Assembly (NCBI RefSeq): GCF_000020025.1 | Contig: NC_010628.1 | Span: 4,380,001-4,412,000, forward strand | Length of the DNA: 32,000 bases | Source of the DNA: Nostoc punctiforme PCC 73102 | GTDB taxonomy: Bacteria; Cyanobacteriota; Cyanobacteriia; Cyanobacteriales; Nostocaceae | Direction of reading: 5' to 3' | Shown here: positions 1 to 9,739 of the stretch, in pieces | Layout of the letters: each line of letters opens with the position of its first letter | How positions within the stretch are numbered: the first letter of the stretch is position 1 | Program-made: the position numbers and the translations under genes | The notes under the pieces: model-generated | What the model saw: only the letters and a program-made list of their open reading frames with translations | What the model was told of the DNA's origin: nothing | Databases searched by the model: none

Positions 1-776
1 AATATACGGTGGATGCTGTAGGAATGGGGACGCTGCGTCTGTTGGAAGCAATTCGAGACTACCAACACCGGACTGGAATTCAGGTGCGATTTTACCAGGC
101 GGGTTCTTCAGAAATGTATGGTTTAGTACAAGCAATACCGCAAAGTGAGACAACGCCCTTTTATCCCCGCAGTCCTTACGCCTGTGCAAAAGTTTACGCC
201 CACTGGCAAACTGTAAATTATCGTGAGTCCTACGATTTGTTTGCTTGTAACGGCATACTTTTTAACCATGAGTCACCAAGACGTGGTGAAACCTTTGTAA
301 CCCGCAAAATTACTAGAGCAGTTGCTGGTATAGTTGCTGGTAAGCAAAAAAAGATTTACATGGGTAATCTAGACTCAAAGCGAGATTGGGGCTATGCGAA
401 GGATTACGTAAAAGCAATGTGGTTGATGTTGCAGCAAGACCAGCCAGACGATTATGTAATTGCTACTGGTGAAACCCATTCAGTGCGAGAATTTTTGGAA
501 CTAGCATTTAGTTACGTAAATCTCAATTGGCAAGATTATGTAGAGTTTGATGAGCGTTACCTCCGTCCATCTGAGGTAGATTTATTGATTGGCGATGCTA
601 CCAAAGCACGTCAGAATTTGGGCTGGAAAACATCAGTAACCTTTAAAGAATTAGTTTCCTTAATGGTAGAAGCAGACTTACAAGCATTGGGTCACACTTC
701 ACCCAATGGAAATGGTTCGCAATTTCCATTAGATATTGCCACTGTTCGTCAAGAACTCGGCGCTTTGCACTTCTGA
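1..776 (+). CDS. gmd: GDP-mannose 4,6-dehydratase, 5'-truncated by the window edge (reading frame 3, open from base 3)
   Basis: The ORF is open to the window start. The translation carries typical Gmd blocks ([43 protein letters not shown]). It lies directly upstream of fcl. Confidence 0.9.
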   Translation, partial: YTVDAVGMGTLRLLEAIRDYQHRTGIQVRFYQAGSSEMYGLVQAIPQSETTPFYPRSPYACAKVYAHWQTVNYRESYDLFACNGILFNHESPRRGETFVTRKITRAVAGIVAGKQKKIYMGNLDSKRDWGYAKDYVKAMWLMLQQDQPDDYVIATGETHSVREFLELAFSYVNLNWQDYVEFDERYLRPSEVDLLIGDATKARQNLGWKTSVTFKELVSLMVEADLQALGHTSPNGNGSQFPLDIATVRQELGALHF

Positions 777-800
777 ATTTGCAGCACAGAGGATAAAAAT

Positions 801-1745
801 ATGACCGCCTTAGAACTAAAAAATCAACGAATTCTCGTCACTGGTGGGTCGGGGTTTCTAGGTCGTCAGGTGATAGATCAACTGTGTAAAGCAGGGGCTG
901 ATCGTGAGAAGATTACAATACCGCGATCGCGCGATTGCGATCTGCGTGTCTGGGAAAATAGCCAGCGGGCAGTTGACCAGCAAGACATAATTATCCACTT
1001 AGCAGCTCATGTGGGTGGCATCGGTCTAAACCGCGAAAAACCCGCAGAGTTGTTCTACGATAACTTGATCATGGGTACGCACCTGATTCACGCTGCCTAT
1101 CAAGCTGGAGTAGAAAAATTTGTTTGTGTTGGCACTATCTGCGCCTATCCTAAATTTACCCCAGTGCCATTTAAAGAAGACGATCTTTGGAATGGCTACC
1201 CAGAGGAAACTAATGCTCCCTACGGAATTGCGAAAAAAGCGCTTTTAGTTCAATTGCAATCTTACCGCCAGCAATACGATTTTAATGGAATTTACCTACT
1301 GCCAGTTAATTTATATGGTCCAGAAGATAACTTTGACCCCGGAAGTTCCCACGTTATTCCAGCGTTAATTCGCAAAGTTCACGAAGCCCAAATTCAAGGA
1401 GAAAAGCAACTCCCAGTTTGGGGTGATGGCAGTCCCACCCGCGAGTTTCTGTATTCAGAAGATGCAGCACGGGGGATTGTTATGGGAACTCAATTCTATA
1501 ACGAATCAGAACCAGTTAACTTGGGAACAGGTTATGAAATCTCCATTCTTGATTTAATAACTCTAATCTGCGAATTGATGGAGTTTAAGGGTGAAATTGT
1601 TTGGCAAACTGATAAGCCTAATGGTCAACCCCGCCGTTGTTTGGATACTGAACGGGCAAAGCAAGCCTTTAATTTCACAGCTCAGGTGGGCTTTGAGGAA
1701 GGGTTAAAGAATACCATTGAGTGGTATCGTCAACACGCCGCATAA
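801..1745 (+). CDS. fcl: GDP-L-fucose synthase (GDP-4-keto-6-deoxymannose 3,5-epimerase/4-reductase)
   Basis: Rossmann motif VTGGSGFLG, catalytic YGIAKK (YxxxK), and the typical fcl blocks [12 protein letters not shown] and HVIPALIRK. It starts 24 bp after gmd. Confidence 0.85.
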   Translation: MTALELKNQRILVTGGSGFLGRQVIDQLCKAGADREKITIPRSRDCDLRVWENSQRAVDQQDIIIHLAAHVGGIGLNREKPAELFYDNLIMGTHLIHAAYQAGVEKFVCVGTICAYPKFTPVPFKEDDLWNGYPEETNAPYGIAKKALLVQLQSYRQQYDFNGIYLLPVNLYGPEDNFDPGSSHVIPALIRKVHEAQIQGEKQLPVWGDGSPTREFLYSEDAARGIVMGTQFYNESEPVNLGTGYEISILDLITLICELMEFKGEIVWQTDKPNGQPRRCLDTERAKQAFNFTAQVGFEEGLKNTIEWYRQHAA

Positions 1746-1771
1746 CAATGTACTAGTGAATGTCGGTTGTT

Positions 1772-1802
1772 ATAAGCTGGGCGATGCCCAGCTTATTTGT
1801 TT
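1772..1802 (+). terminator. Rho-independent terminator after fcl
   Basis: Perfect 11-bp stem ATAAGCTGGGC / GCCCAGCTTAT with a 3-nt loop GAT, followed by the T-rich TTGTTTG. It begins 27 bp after the fcl stop. Confidence 0.7.
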
Positions 1803-1818
1803 GAGGCTATAAATTTTC

Positions 1819-2394
1819 ATGGACAAAGTTAATCATCAACTAAATAAAGCAGAACTACGCCGCACTCTCCTGAAAACACGCCAATCAATATCCGTTAGAG
1901 AATGGAGAGAAAAAAGCGATCGCTTATGCTCTCATTTACAAAACTCTACTTTATTTACCCAAGCAAAAACAATACTTGCGTATTTTAGCTTTCGCCAAGA
2001 ACCTGACCTCAGTCCACTATTTGCAAACACCCAATATCGTTGGGGATTTCCTCGCTGCGTTGATAAATACTTATGTTGGCATATTTGGACACCTAAAGAT
2101 TCTATTCAAAGTGGCACTTATGGCATTACTGAACCGCACCCTGACGCTCCAATCTTAGATGCTGCCGAAGTGGATTTGATTCTTGTCCCCAGTGTAGCTT
2201 GTGACTATCAAGGATATCGCCTGGGCTATGGCGGCGGATATTACGATCGCTTGCTCAGTTTACCGCAGTGGCAGACAAAGCCGACTATCGGAATTATCTT
2301 TGATTTCGCCTATTTATCCCAAATACCTATTGAACCTTGGGATAAACCACTACAAGCTATTTTTACGGAAACCGGATTGACTCAGAAAGGTTGA
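1819..2394 (+). CDS. 5-formyltetrahydrofolate cyclo-ligase (MTHFS family)
   Basis: 191 aa with the family C-terminal signature GYRLGYGGGYYDR, plus ILAYFSFRQEPD and DLILVP blocks. Confidence 0.8.
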   Translation: MDKVNHQLNKAELRRTLLKTRQSISVREWREKSDRLCSHLQNSTLFTQAKTILAYFSFRQEPDLSPLFANTQYRWGFPRCVDKYLCWHIWTPKDSIQSGTYGITEPHPDAPILDAAEVDLILVPSVACDYQGYRLGYGGGYYDRLLSLPQWQTKPTIGIIFDFAYLSQIPIEPWDKPLQAIFTETGLTQKG

Positions 2395-2404
2395 AGCATT
2401 CAGG

Positions 2405-3442
2405 ATGATGAAGACACATCATCAAATATTTATGACTAATCCAACGTCATCTACCACTGACCAGGAAGCAATAATTGACGAGATAATAGCAACTAGCCTC
2501 CAAGCTCAACAAAAAACAGGCCCAGACCTCCGCCAAATTCATAGTAAAAGTCATGGACTGCTTGGAGGAGAGTTTATTATTGAACCCAATGTTCCTGAAG
2601 ACTTGAGAGTAGGTTTATTCAAAAAGCCCCAAACCTATCCTGCGTGGATTCGTTTCTCTAGTGGTGGTTCGCCTGAAAAGCGTGGTAAATTCCACTCCGA
2701 TAGCCAGCCGGATGTTCGCGGTATCGCCATCAAGGTGATGAATGTAGACGGGCAAAAAGTGCTAGATGATGAAGAAAAAACTCAAGATTTTATACTCAAC
2801 AATTATCCGATTTTCTTGACCAAAGATGTTCGTGATTACGCCGATCTTTCGAGAGCAGGTAGCGGACAACTTAGCCCAGAGCGTATCCAGGAACTTGGTT
2901 ATGCCTTTGCAATCTTGCAAAAGATTGGCAGCCAGAAAGTAGTAAATCCGCTTTTGATTCAATATTGGAGTATGGCTCCGTTTAAGTTTGGAAATCGCAT
3001 TGTAAGATTGTCTGTCAAATCTCAACAGCCTGAACAACCACCCGAAAAACTTCCCGAATCAGAAAATTACCTCCGGGAAGCAATAGTCAAATATTTGACT
3101 GAAGAAGGTAAAGAAGCATCTTTTGACTTCTTTATTCAGTTTTATGTAGATGATGAAAAAACGCCTATTGAAGACCATGTTAAAGAATGGCAAGAAGCAG
3201 ATTCACCGTTTGTTAAAGTTGCAACTGTTCGCATTTTTAGTCAGAAATTTGATTTTGAAGAACGCAAACGCTTGGATGAGGGGATGTTGTTTTCCCCTTG
3301 GCATACACTGCTAGACCATGAGCCTGTTGGAAGTGTGAATCTCTCTCGCAAGAGGCTTTACAGCGAACTTGCAAAGTATCGACGAGAACAAATTGCCCAA
3401 CGTTTGCTGGAACCACAACCTTATGTAGCGGTTGAAGATTAA
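2405..3442 (+). CDS. Catalase-related heme protein (short catalase-family member)
   Basis: A distal-side catalase-like motif R-x-x-H-S-K-x-H-G-x-x-G-G-E-F (RQIHSKSHGLLGGEF), a VRFS-like IRFSSG block, and a C-terminal R-x-x-x-Y (SRKRLYSELAKYR) that resembles the proximal Tyr ligand region. At 345 aa it is much shorter than a canonical catalase. Confidence 0.55.
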   Translation: MMKTHHQIFMTNPTSSTTDQEAIIDEIIATSLQAQQKTGPDLRQIHSKSHGLLGGEFIIEPNVPEDLRVGLFKKPQTYPAWIRFSSGGSPEKRGKFHSDSQPDVRGIAIKVMNVDGQKVLDDEEKTQDFILNNYPIFLTKDVRDYADLSRAGSGQLSPERIQELGYAFAILQKIGSQKVVNPLLIQYWSMAPFKFGNRIVRLSVKSQQPEQPPEKLPESENYLREAIVKYLTEEGKEASFDFFIQFYVDDEKTPIEDHVKEWQEADSPFVKVATVRIFSQKFDFEERKRLDEGMLFSPWHTLLDHEPVGSVNLSRKRLYSELAKYRREQIAQRLLEPQPYVAVED

Positions 3443-3561
3443 CCACTATAATTTGATTTAAAACTGTAGGATGATAGGCTATAAGCCTACTTGATTAGAT
3501 ACGACTTTTGGTGTTGCTGATTTGATGTATCAAAGTTATAAGTTTTGCAACCAAAACTATT

Positions 3562-3589
3562 GTAGAGGCGTAAGATTTTACGTCTCTAC
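3562..3589. repeat. Palindromic dispersed-repeat hairpin (GTAGAGGCGTAA-GATT-TTACGTCTCTAC)
   Basis: 12-bp arms with one G:T position and a 4-nt loop. It lies in the spacer downstream of the catalase-like gene, so it may act as a terminator or as a Nostoc-type palindromic repeat. Confidence 0.5.
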
Positions 3590-3686
3590 TCTCTACATCT
3601 ATATGGATTTAGATTCCGACTTATTGAATTTTGTTATTGTAAGCTCCTAAGCACAATCAATTTAGAGTATTTAGGTTATTAATCAA

Positions 3687-4523
3687 ATGCTGAACTGGAA
3701 AAAATCACGATCGCAAAATCTGTTAATGTATGCGCTATTGGGAGCGATCGCATTGGTAATGCTCTTTCCTTTACTATGGCTAATTAGTACAGCCTTAAAA
3801 TCGCCGACGGAAAATATCTTACAGTCGCCGCCACAGCTATTGCCCAGTCAACCTACACTAGATAACTTCTTTAGTGTGTGGAACTCTCTACCTTTTGGAC
3901 AATACCTGTATAACAGCACTTTGGTGTCAGTGCTGACTGTTGGCTTAAATCTACTGTTTTGTGCTTTAGCTGCCTATCCCTTGGCAAGATTGTCATTTGT
4001 GGGGCGAGACTGGATTTTTGTGGCGATTGTCTCCACGATTATGATTCCTTTCCAAATCGTGATGATTCCCCTCTATATTTTGACAGTCCAGTTGGGTTTG
4101 AGAAATAGTTATTTAGGAATGATTTTTCCGAGTTTGGCTTCTGCCTTTGGTATTTTTCTGTTGCGCCAAGCTTTCATGAGTGTCCCCAAAGAGATAGAAG
4201 AAGCCGCCCGAATGGATGGCAGTTCGGAGTTAGGTTTGTGGTGGCATGTGATGTTACCAGCAGTTCGACCAGCATTAGTAACTTTAGCTATTTTCGTATT
4301 TATTGGTGCTTGGAGTGACTTTTTATGGCCTTTAATTGTCATCCAAGACGAAAATTTATACACTCTTCCTTTGGGAGTCGCAAAGCTAGCAGGGACATTT
4401 TCTCTTGACTGGCGGTTGGTAGCTGCTGGCTCAGTAATTGCGATCGCTCCAGTATTATTACTATTTTTATTTTTACAACGTTACATTGTACCCACAGATA
4501 CTGGTAGTGGTGTCAAGGGTTGA
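3687..4523 (+). CDS. Carbohydrate ABC transporter permease (MalG/UgpE-like), with no partner genes adjacent
   Basis: A six-TM pattern and the EAA loop motif EEAARMDGSSELGLWWHVMLP typical of binding-protein-dependent sugar permeases. Confidence 0.85.
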   Translation: MLNWKKSRSQNLLMYALLGAIALVMLFPLLWLISTALKSPTENILQSPPQLLPSQPTLDNFFSVWNSLPFGQYLYNSTLVSVLTVGLNLLFCALAAYPLARLSFVGRDWIFVAIVSTIMIPFQIVMIPLYILTVQLGLRNSYLGMIFPSLASAFGIFLLRQAFMSVPKEIEEAARMDGSSELGLWWHVMLPAVRPALVTLAIFVFIGAWSDFLWPLIVIQDENLYTLPLGVAKLAGTFSLDWRLVAAGSVIAIAPVLLLFLFLQRYIVPTDTGSGVKG

Positions 4524-4570
4524 ATAAGAAATAGAGATAAGGGAACACAAGAGAAAAACTAATGACTTAT

Positions 4571-5224
4571 TCAATAAGCACCAGTTTTTTTCAATACTAC
4601 CCAGATAGTTTTAATAATCAGACTCAGGTCATAACTTACAGACCACTTGCGTTGATAATCTATATCCATTTTGACGATGGTTTCAAAGTCTGTAATACTC
4701 GAACGACCATTAGCCTGCCATTCTCCGGTAATGCCTGGTTTGACTCGTAATCTATCCCAGTGATGTGGATCGTAATTGCTGACTTCATCAGGAGTGGGTG
4801 GACGAGTACCAACTAAACTCATATCGCCTACCAAAACATTCCAAAATTGGGGAAATTCATCTAAACTGGTACGCCGCAAAAATTTACCCATAGGAGTAAT
4901 GCGAGGATCGTCAACAGATTTAAAGATGTGACCTTTGGCTTGGTTTTTAACCAAATGCTTGACTTTATCGGCATCTACGATCATGGAGCGGAATTTCCAG
5001 ATGCGAAAAGTTTTTCCGTTCAAACCACAGCGAATTTGAGAATAAAATATTGGGCTTGGCTCATGAATAAAGGTAGCAATCGTCACAAGAATTGCTACTA
5101 GAAACGTGATTGTTAGCCCCACAATGGCTCCAACAATGTCAATTAACCGTTTTCTTACACTTAAAGTTGAAGGGTGTAAAGGCTGTTCCGAACAATTAAC
5201 TGAATAAAGAGAAAGATTATTCAC
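4571..5224 (-). CDS. Polyprenyl-phosphate sugar-1-phosphate transferase (bacterial sugar transferase family, WbaP/EpsL-like C-terminal domain type)
   Basis: An N-terminal TM helix followed by RCGLNGKTFRIWKFRSM, DPRITPMGKFLRRTSLDEFPQFWNVLVGDMSLVGTRP and KPGITG, all hallmark blocks of the family. Confidence 0.85.
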   Translation of the reverse strand: MNNLSLYSVNCSEQPLHPSTLSVRKRLIDIVGAIVGLTITFLVAILVTIATFIHEPSPIFYSQIRCGLNGKTFRIWKFRSMIVDADKVKHLVKNQAKGHIFKSVDDPRITPMGKFLRRTSLDEFPQFWNVLVGDMSLVGTRPPTPDEVSNYDPHHWDRLRVKPGITGEWQANGRSSITDFETIVKMDIDYQRKWSVSYDLSLIIKTIWVVLKKTGAY

Positions 5225-5498
5225 AAGGTCTAACTTATTTTATAACAGGGGTTTTGGCATCAGTAGTGTAGACGTGGAGATGATAGATAGACAATTTTTG
5301 CTGCTCTTGTCTTTACCACTGAGTGTTAATATACACAAAATTCAAACAATATAAAAACCTAAAACCCAAAGTTTACAGAATCTTCCAATTGAAGTTATAG
5401 ATTGTAAATTTACAGTATTTTCATCGACCAAATAAAAAAGGTATTGCTAATGGTACACATCAAAAAAATTACCATACTTAAGTACTAGTAGTACTTTG

Positions 5499-5634
5499 CA
5501 AAATTCAAAATGCTTATGACATAATACTAACCATTTGTGAAACAACACAAAATCAAGCTTGCTCAGGCTTGAGACAATATCCCGTTGTTCTGGAGCAAGC
5601 TCGAATTTAATAGTTATAAGCATTTTGAATTTTG
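5499..5634. repeat. Nested inverted repeat (MITE-like or large terminator hairpin) directly downstream of the 1356-aa gene
   Basis: The outer arms are perfect 19-bp inverted repeats, CAAAATTCAAAATGCTTAT (5499-5517) and ATAAGCATTTTGAATTTTG (5616-5634). An inner pair AGCTTGCTC / GAGCAAGCT lies between them. Confidence 0.6.
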
Positions 5635-5668
5635 AATAGTATCCTGATTTCTAGGGGATGTACTGGTC

Positions 5669-8600
5669 TCAATAATGAACCTCTAAGGCGAAATTCACTG
5701 TATATGGTTCCTCTAATGATTGCTGATTACTAGCTTTGATCGCATCTAGATAGCGACGTAAATACAACAGTTGTTGGGAATTGGGACGATAGGTGAGGCT
5801 CCCTTGTTTTTCAAAAAGTGGTGCTGTGGCGATCGCCTGATAGTCAGGATTTTCTTGTGAACTCTTGGTTAGCCAAGTTGAATCTATAACTGAAGGTATC
5901 AATCCCGAAGGCAGTTCACCTTCCAAAAAAGCTAGCAGGCGTTGCTGACAAGTGCGAGTATTGATTCCACGACCCTCAAATAACTGGATAACTTCACCGA
6001 AAGATAAGGGACGATCTGGTAGCAGCCGCAGCAATTCGGTAAATAAGAAATAATCAGTGTACTGTTGTCTGGGTATATCTAATATCTGGGGATGTAAAGG
6101 CAGCATCGCCAAACCATAAGCAACCCGGCTGCAATTAGGAGCGCCATTTTCGCCGAGATATAAATCTTGAATAATCTTGGCGCTGGGGAGTTTCTGCTTT
6201 AACCAACGGTTTACTGTCCCAACACAAGCCACACCACCAGTCAGGATAGCTTGATTAATAGATTCTGTCGGGATACCACGAGCTACCAATAATTTGTTGA
6301 GTTCTCGATTCAGGCGGCGCACAAAGGGGATAAATACCTGGCTTTCTAAGTCTCGTCGCTGCAAAATCCACTGCTGATCGGCTAATTCCAGGGTAAAAGA
6401 TTCTTGGTGCTGCAAAATCAGCTTCAGAGCTAGTGCCGCATCTAATACCGCCTGTCCCAGTAAAGAACTTTCTAGACGCTGCTGAAGACGAATCCGTGCG
6501 GTAATATCTGGTTCTCCGACTCTCGGTAGTTCTAATTCTTCCAACCCTAAACTCTGCCAGCGCATTTGGTCTAAACCGGGAATTGACGGTTGCCATTGCC
6601 AAGGATTACTGCTGGTAGTTTTGCGTAGGCGTAGCTCGCCGCAGGCATCGCTTTGTGTTTCTAGGCGTGATTGCCGAGATTTAGGCGGTAATAGCAACTG
6701 GCAAATAATATCTTGTTCAATTCCCTTGCCAGCATAAGCAAAACTATGGAGCATGAAATCATTGTATGTCAATTGTGGTAAGCTTTCTGGGACATCAACT
6801 AGCAACATTTCTGTGGCAGTTGTCCCAATGTTGATTACCAGAGTGTTACCAACAATCGGATGTTCGCTGGTTTTTGCCGGATGAGAACCTTGACGTTGAC
6901 TTAATTTTACTTGCTCACCGTTAGCAGCATTGAGTTCTGGGAGTAAACTAGCGATCGCTTCTTCTACAAAAAAGACTTGCTGCGGATGTTGGATGAGTTT
7001 ACTGGTCAGTAAAGCTTCCCGCACATTAAAGCGGTATTGTTCCGACCAGCTAGATGGACAGGTGCAAATCACACCAGCAATATTATTGATAATCTGCGGA
7101 AAATCTTGTTCGCCGATCCCAACAGCAGCAGCCATTAAACTAGGGGTGGTACAAGTTTTTTCGGATTTGAGGGTTAATAGTAGTTTAGAGAGCGATCGCA
7201 CAACCCAAATTAAAGGTCCTGCCGAAAATTCATTTAATTGCAAAACAGGTTCCCATTTTTGCCGTTCACTCTTATAGGGAATGGCTACTTGTAAATAGGG
7301 CTTCAACTGCGCCGAGTAGAGGTTATTTGTTGTCGAATCTGCTGTTGATTTACGTGTTTTAGGAGTAGCCGACTGGTCAGGTGCTTTATCTTGAGCAACA
7401 GCCGCAGGTGCTGTTTGCTCATGGACTTCTATACTTTCACTTTCACCCTGGGGTATAGAAGCTGTAGGAAGATAAACCTCTGTTGGCAAACGAAATGATT
7501 CCTGGAAGGAACTTGTTCCCGGCGGATTTTCTGCTGACCAGTAAATAGGATGTACAACAAAAGTCGAGCGATTTAATAATGCGGCAGAAATTCCGGTTGT
7601 ACCTAAATCAATTCCTAAATACCAAACTGGTTCTAGAACATTGAGCGAAACTTCTGGATTGTTGATGGAGTTGGAAATTGAAGAGAAAGAACTGTCTTGA
7701 ATAGGAGTTGTGATTTCCTGTTTTTCTTCAGTTTCTACCTGGGTAACTGTCAAACTTGATAAACCCGCAGTTGAGGTATTTTCTGTTTGCAGCTCAGGGT
7801 AAATTGTAGGGATTGTGTCTTGAGTTTTATCAATTAGTTCTGAGACAATATCCAAATTGGTAGCTGGCTGCAAATCAGAATTTAGCTGCCGATCAAAATT
7901 AGCCAAATCTCGATCTAATTGCTGCAACTGTTCTTCATCTAAAGAAATATCAGGTACAACTGGAGTCTGGTTTAACTCAACAGAAAGCAAGTTTTCTTGT
8001 GGTGAGGCAGCAATGTAGTTATCTAAAAAAGGGTCTGGCGGATCATTATTGCTTAATATTCCCGGTGGAGCGATACCTTCGGTGGGCTGCTCTACGAGAG
8101 GCTGCGCGTAGCTTGCTTCCCCGTAGGAGTATGCCAAAGCAATTTCTGCTGCTTTCGGAGTAACTGGTGCTGTACTTGTGCCATTATCCACAAAGGATGA
8201 TACTTCCAGCAATTCCTGTTCACTACTGGCATCAGTCAATAGATCAGTTAGGGTATTAATTGTATCAACACTAGCTGGCTGAGTGTCTAGTTGCGTGGGG
8301 GAACTATCTGTTTGTGGTGTAGAAAAACTCAGAGGCGAATCTAGCTCAGTATCCTCTTCAAAAAATAGTTCTTCCTGTGGCTTTGATAATGAATCTGTGG
8401 CTTCTACTAAAGTCTCTTGAGCTGAAATACTTGTATCTGGTGTCACAACCGCAGAATCAACGTTTTGAGGGACAGATGGACTCTCAGCGATTTCTAATGT
8501 TGATTGGGAGGCTGTGGAAGCAGATAAGTCATTTGTCGATACATCAAGACTTGGGTTATTAACATCACCAATACCAAATAAACTGGCATAAAGTTGATCT

Positions 8601-9739
8601 ACTTCATCACCAACTAATGCTAATGCAGAAACATCTTGCAGTAATTCGGTCGGGTTTTCGGAAGATTGAGATGAGTCTATACCAAGCTGCAACAGCACTG
8701 CATCCAGATCCTCTGTGAGCGTAGTATCCTGTTGCTCAGAATTAATTGTGAGTGGAGATGAAGTTTCTGGCAGGATTTGCTCTAAGAGTTGAGATGCAAC
8801 TTTAGGAGCGATCTCGGCTGGGTCAGGCAATGATGATATATCAGATTCTACCCTTAGCAAATATGGCGGGGAAATAGGGGATTGTTGCTGTAAATGCTGG
8901 GTCAAATTGTTGAGAAAGCTGGCCATCAACTGTTCGCCTTGCATACCCTTGCTATGCATTCTTGCCAGTGCTTGCGACAGTGATTCGTAATAAGTATTAA
9001 TATTGCGCTGTAGTGCCTCAAAGACTACATTCACAGTTCCATCTAGTGATAATAGGCGTTGATCCAACTCCCTAGCTAGCTGGGTTAACTGCTCCACACG
9101 GTCTACTGATTCTAATAAAGGTTGAGTTGCAGAAGTTGCGTGATTAGTTGCTTCTGGAGAAATAACGGAATTTTCCCCAGGTTGTGCTAACAGTGGCGTT
9201 ACAGTTGGCACCAGCCGATTCATGAGTACCTGTAAAAACTCGGTAATCATTTGATCTTGGTTTGTCAACTGTTGCGCTAAAGAGTAGTTTTGCAATCGCC
9301 TTTGCTCTAGTTGCCTAATTTCTTGCATGAGAGTGGCTCGCTCTTGCAATAGCCCTTCTAATTCCGATCGCAATGGCTGAATCAAGCTCGAAAATTCACT
9401 TTTTAATTGTTCGGCTGCAACAGGACTCTGTTCCTGATTGGATTCGAGCGGCGGTAGGGGATACTGGCTATAACCTCGATCAAGAAATTTTGTTAATAAA
9501 GGCGATGACTCCGCCAACGCCAAGGGCGAACGCGGTTCTTCGGAAGAATCATTTGGAATATCGCTCTCTAATGCTTCTTTTTCTTGGAGCCTCACCAAGA
9601 AGTTGCGAATCCGTTCTAGAACTTCTTTAGGTTCCTGCCCCTGACCAGGTAGAAATCTAGACAAGCGCTTGCCACCACTGGCAAGTAAGTTGTCAATGTC
9701 TGCGATCAGCTTTTGAATTTCATCTGCACTGGAAGTCAC
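5669..9739 (-). CDS. Large multidomain protein: N-terminal coiled coil, long acidic S/T/Q/P-rich low-complexity region, C-terminal divergent Hsp70/actin-like ATPase
   Basis: An uninterrupted 1356-aa ORF. The C-terminal half carries Hsp70-like motifs: phosphate-1 WYLGIDLGTTG, phosphate-2-like LVINIGTTATEMLLV, adenosine-like AILTGGVACVGTVNRWLKQ, and VAYGLAM. The first ~290 aa are rich in heptad-like L/E/Q/R segments. Confidence 0.75.
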   Translation of the reverse strand: MTSSADEIQKLIADIDNLLASGGKRLSRFLPGQGQEPKEVLERIRNFLVRLQEKEALESDIPNDSSEEPRSPLALAESSPLLTKFLDRGYSQYPLPPLESNQEQSPVAAEQLKSEFSSLIQPLRSELEGLLQERATLMQEIRQLEQRRLQNYSLAQQLTNQDQMITEFLQVLMNRLVPTVTPLLAQPGENSVISPEATNHATSATQPLLESVDRVEQLTQLARELDQRLLSLDGTVNVVFEALQRNINTYYESLSQALARMHSKGMQGEQLMASFLNNLTQHLQQQSPISPPYLLRVESDISSLPDPAEIAPKVASQLLEQILPETSSPLTINSEQQDTTLTEDLDAVLLQLGIDSSQSSENPTELLQDVSALALVGDEVDQLYASLFGIGDVNNPSLDVSTNDLSASTASQSTLEIAESPSVPQNVDSAVVTPDTSISAQETLVEATDSLSKPQEELFFEEDTELDSPLSFSTPQTDSSPTQLDTQPASVDTINTLTDLLTDASSEQELLEVSSFVDNGTSTAPVTPKAAEIALAYSYGEASYAQPLVEQPTEGIAPPGILSNNDPPDPFLDNYIAASPQENLLSVELNQTPVVPDISLDEEQLQQLDRDLANFDRQLNSDLQPATNLDIVSELIDKTQDTIPTIYPELQTENTSTAGLSSLTVTQVETEEKQEITTPIQDSSFSSISNSINNPEVSLNVLEPVWYLGIDLGTTGISAALLNRSTFVVHPIYWSAENPPGTSSFQESFRLPTEVYLPTASIPQGESESIEVHEQTAPAAVAQDKAPDQSATPKTRKSTADSTTNNLYSAQLKPYLQVAIPYKSERQKWEPVLQLNEFSAGPLIWVVRSLSKLLLTLKSEKTCTTPSLMAAAVGIGEQDFPQIINNIAGVICTCPSSWSEQYRFNVREALLTSKLIQHPQQVFFVEEAIASLLPELNAANGEQVKLSQRQGSHPAKTSEHPIVGNTLVINIGTTATEMLLVDVPESLPQLTYNDFMLHSFAYAGKGIEQDIICQLLLPPKSRQSRLETQSDACGELRLRKTTSSNPWQWQPSIPGLDQMRWQSLGLEELELPRVGEPDITARIRLQQRLESSLLGQAVLDAALALKLILQHQESFTLELADQQWILQRRDLESQVFIPFVRRLNRELNKLLVARGIPTESINQAILTGGVACVGTVNRWLKQKLPSAKIIQDLYLGENGAPNCSRVAYGLAMLPLHPQILDIPRQQYTDYFLFTELLRLLPDRPLSFGEVIQLFEGRGINTRTCQQRLLAFLEGELPSGLIPSVIDSTWLTKSSQENPDYQAIATAPLFEKQGSLTYRPNSQQLLYLRRYLDAIKASNQQSLEEPYTVNFALEVHY
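8104..8132. repeat. Short dispersed repeat copy lying inside the 1356-aa CDS
   Basis: GCGCGTAGCTTGCTTCCCCGTAGGAGTAT is near-identical to 15999-16027 (GCGCGTAGCTTGCTTCACTGTAGGAGTAC) and 29911-29939 (ACGCATAGCTCGCTTCTCCGTAGGAGTAC). Confidence 0.65.

Noticed and set aside
6255-9630. Several 61-115-aa ORFs on both strands within the 1356-aa gene
   Set aside because: They are alternative-frame or antisense shadows of a long uninterrupted ORF, and none has a recognisable motif.
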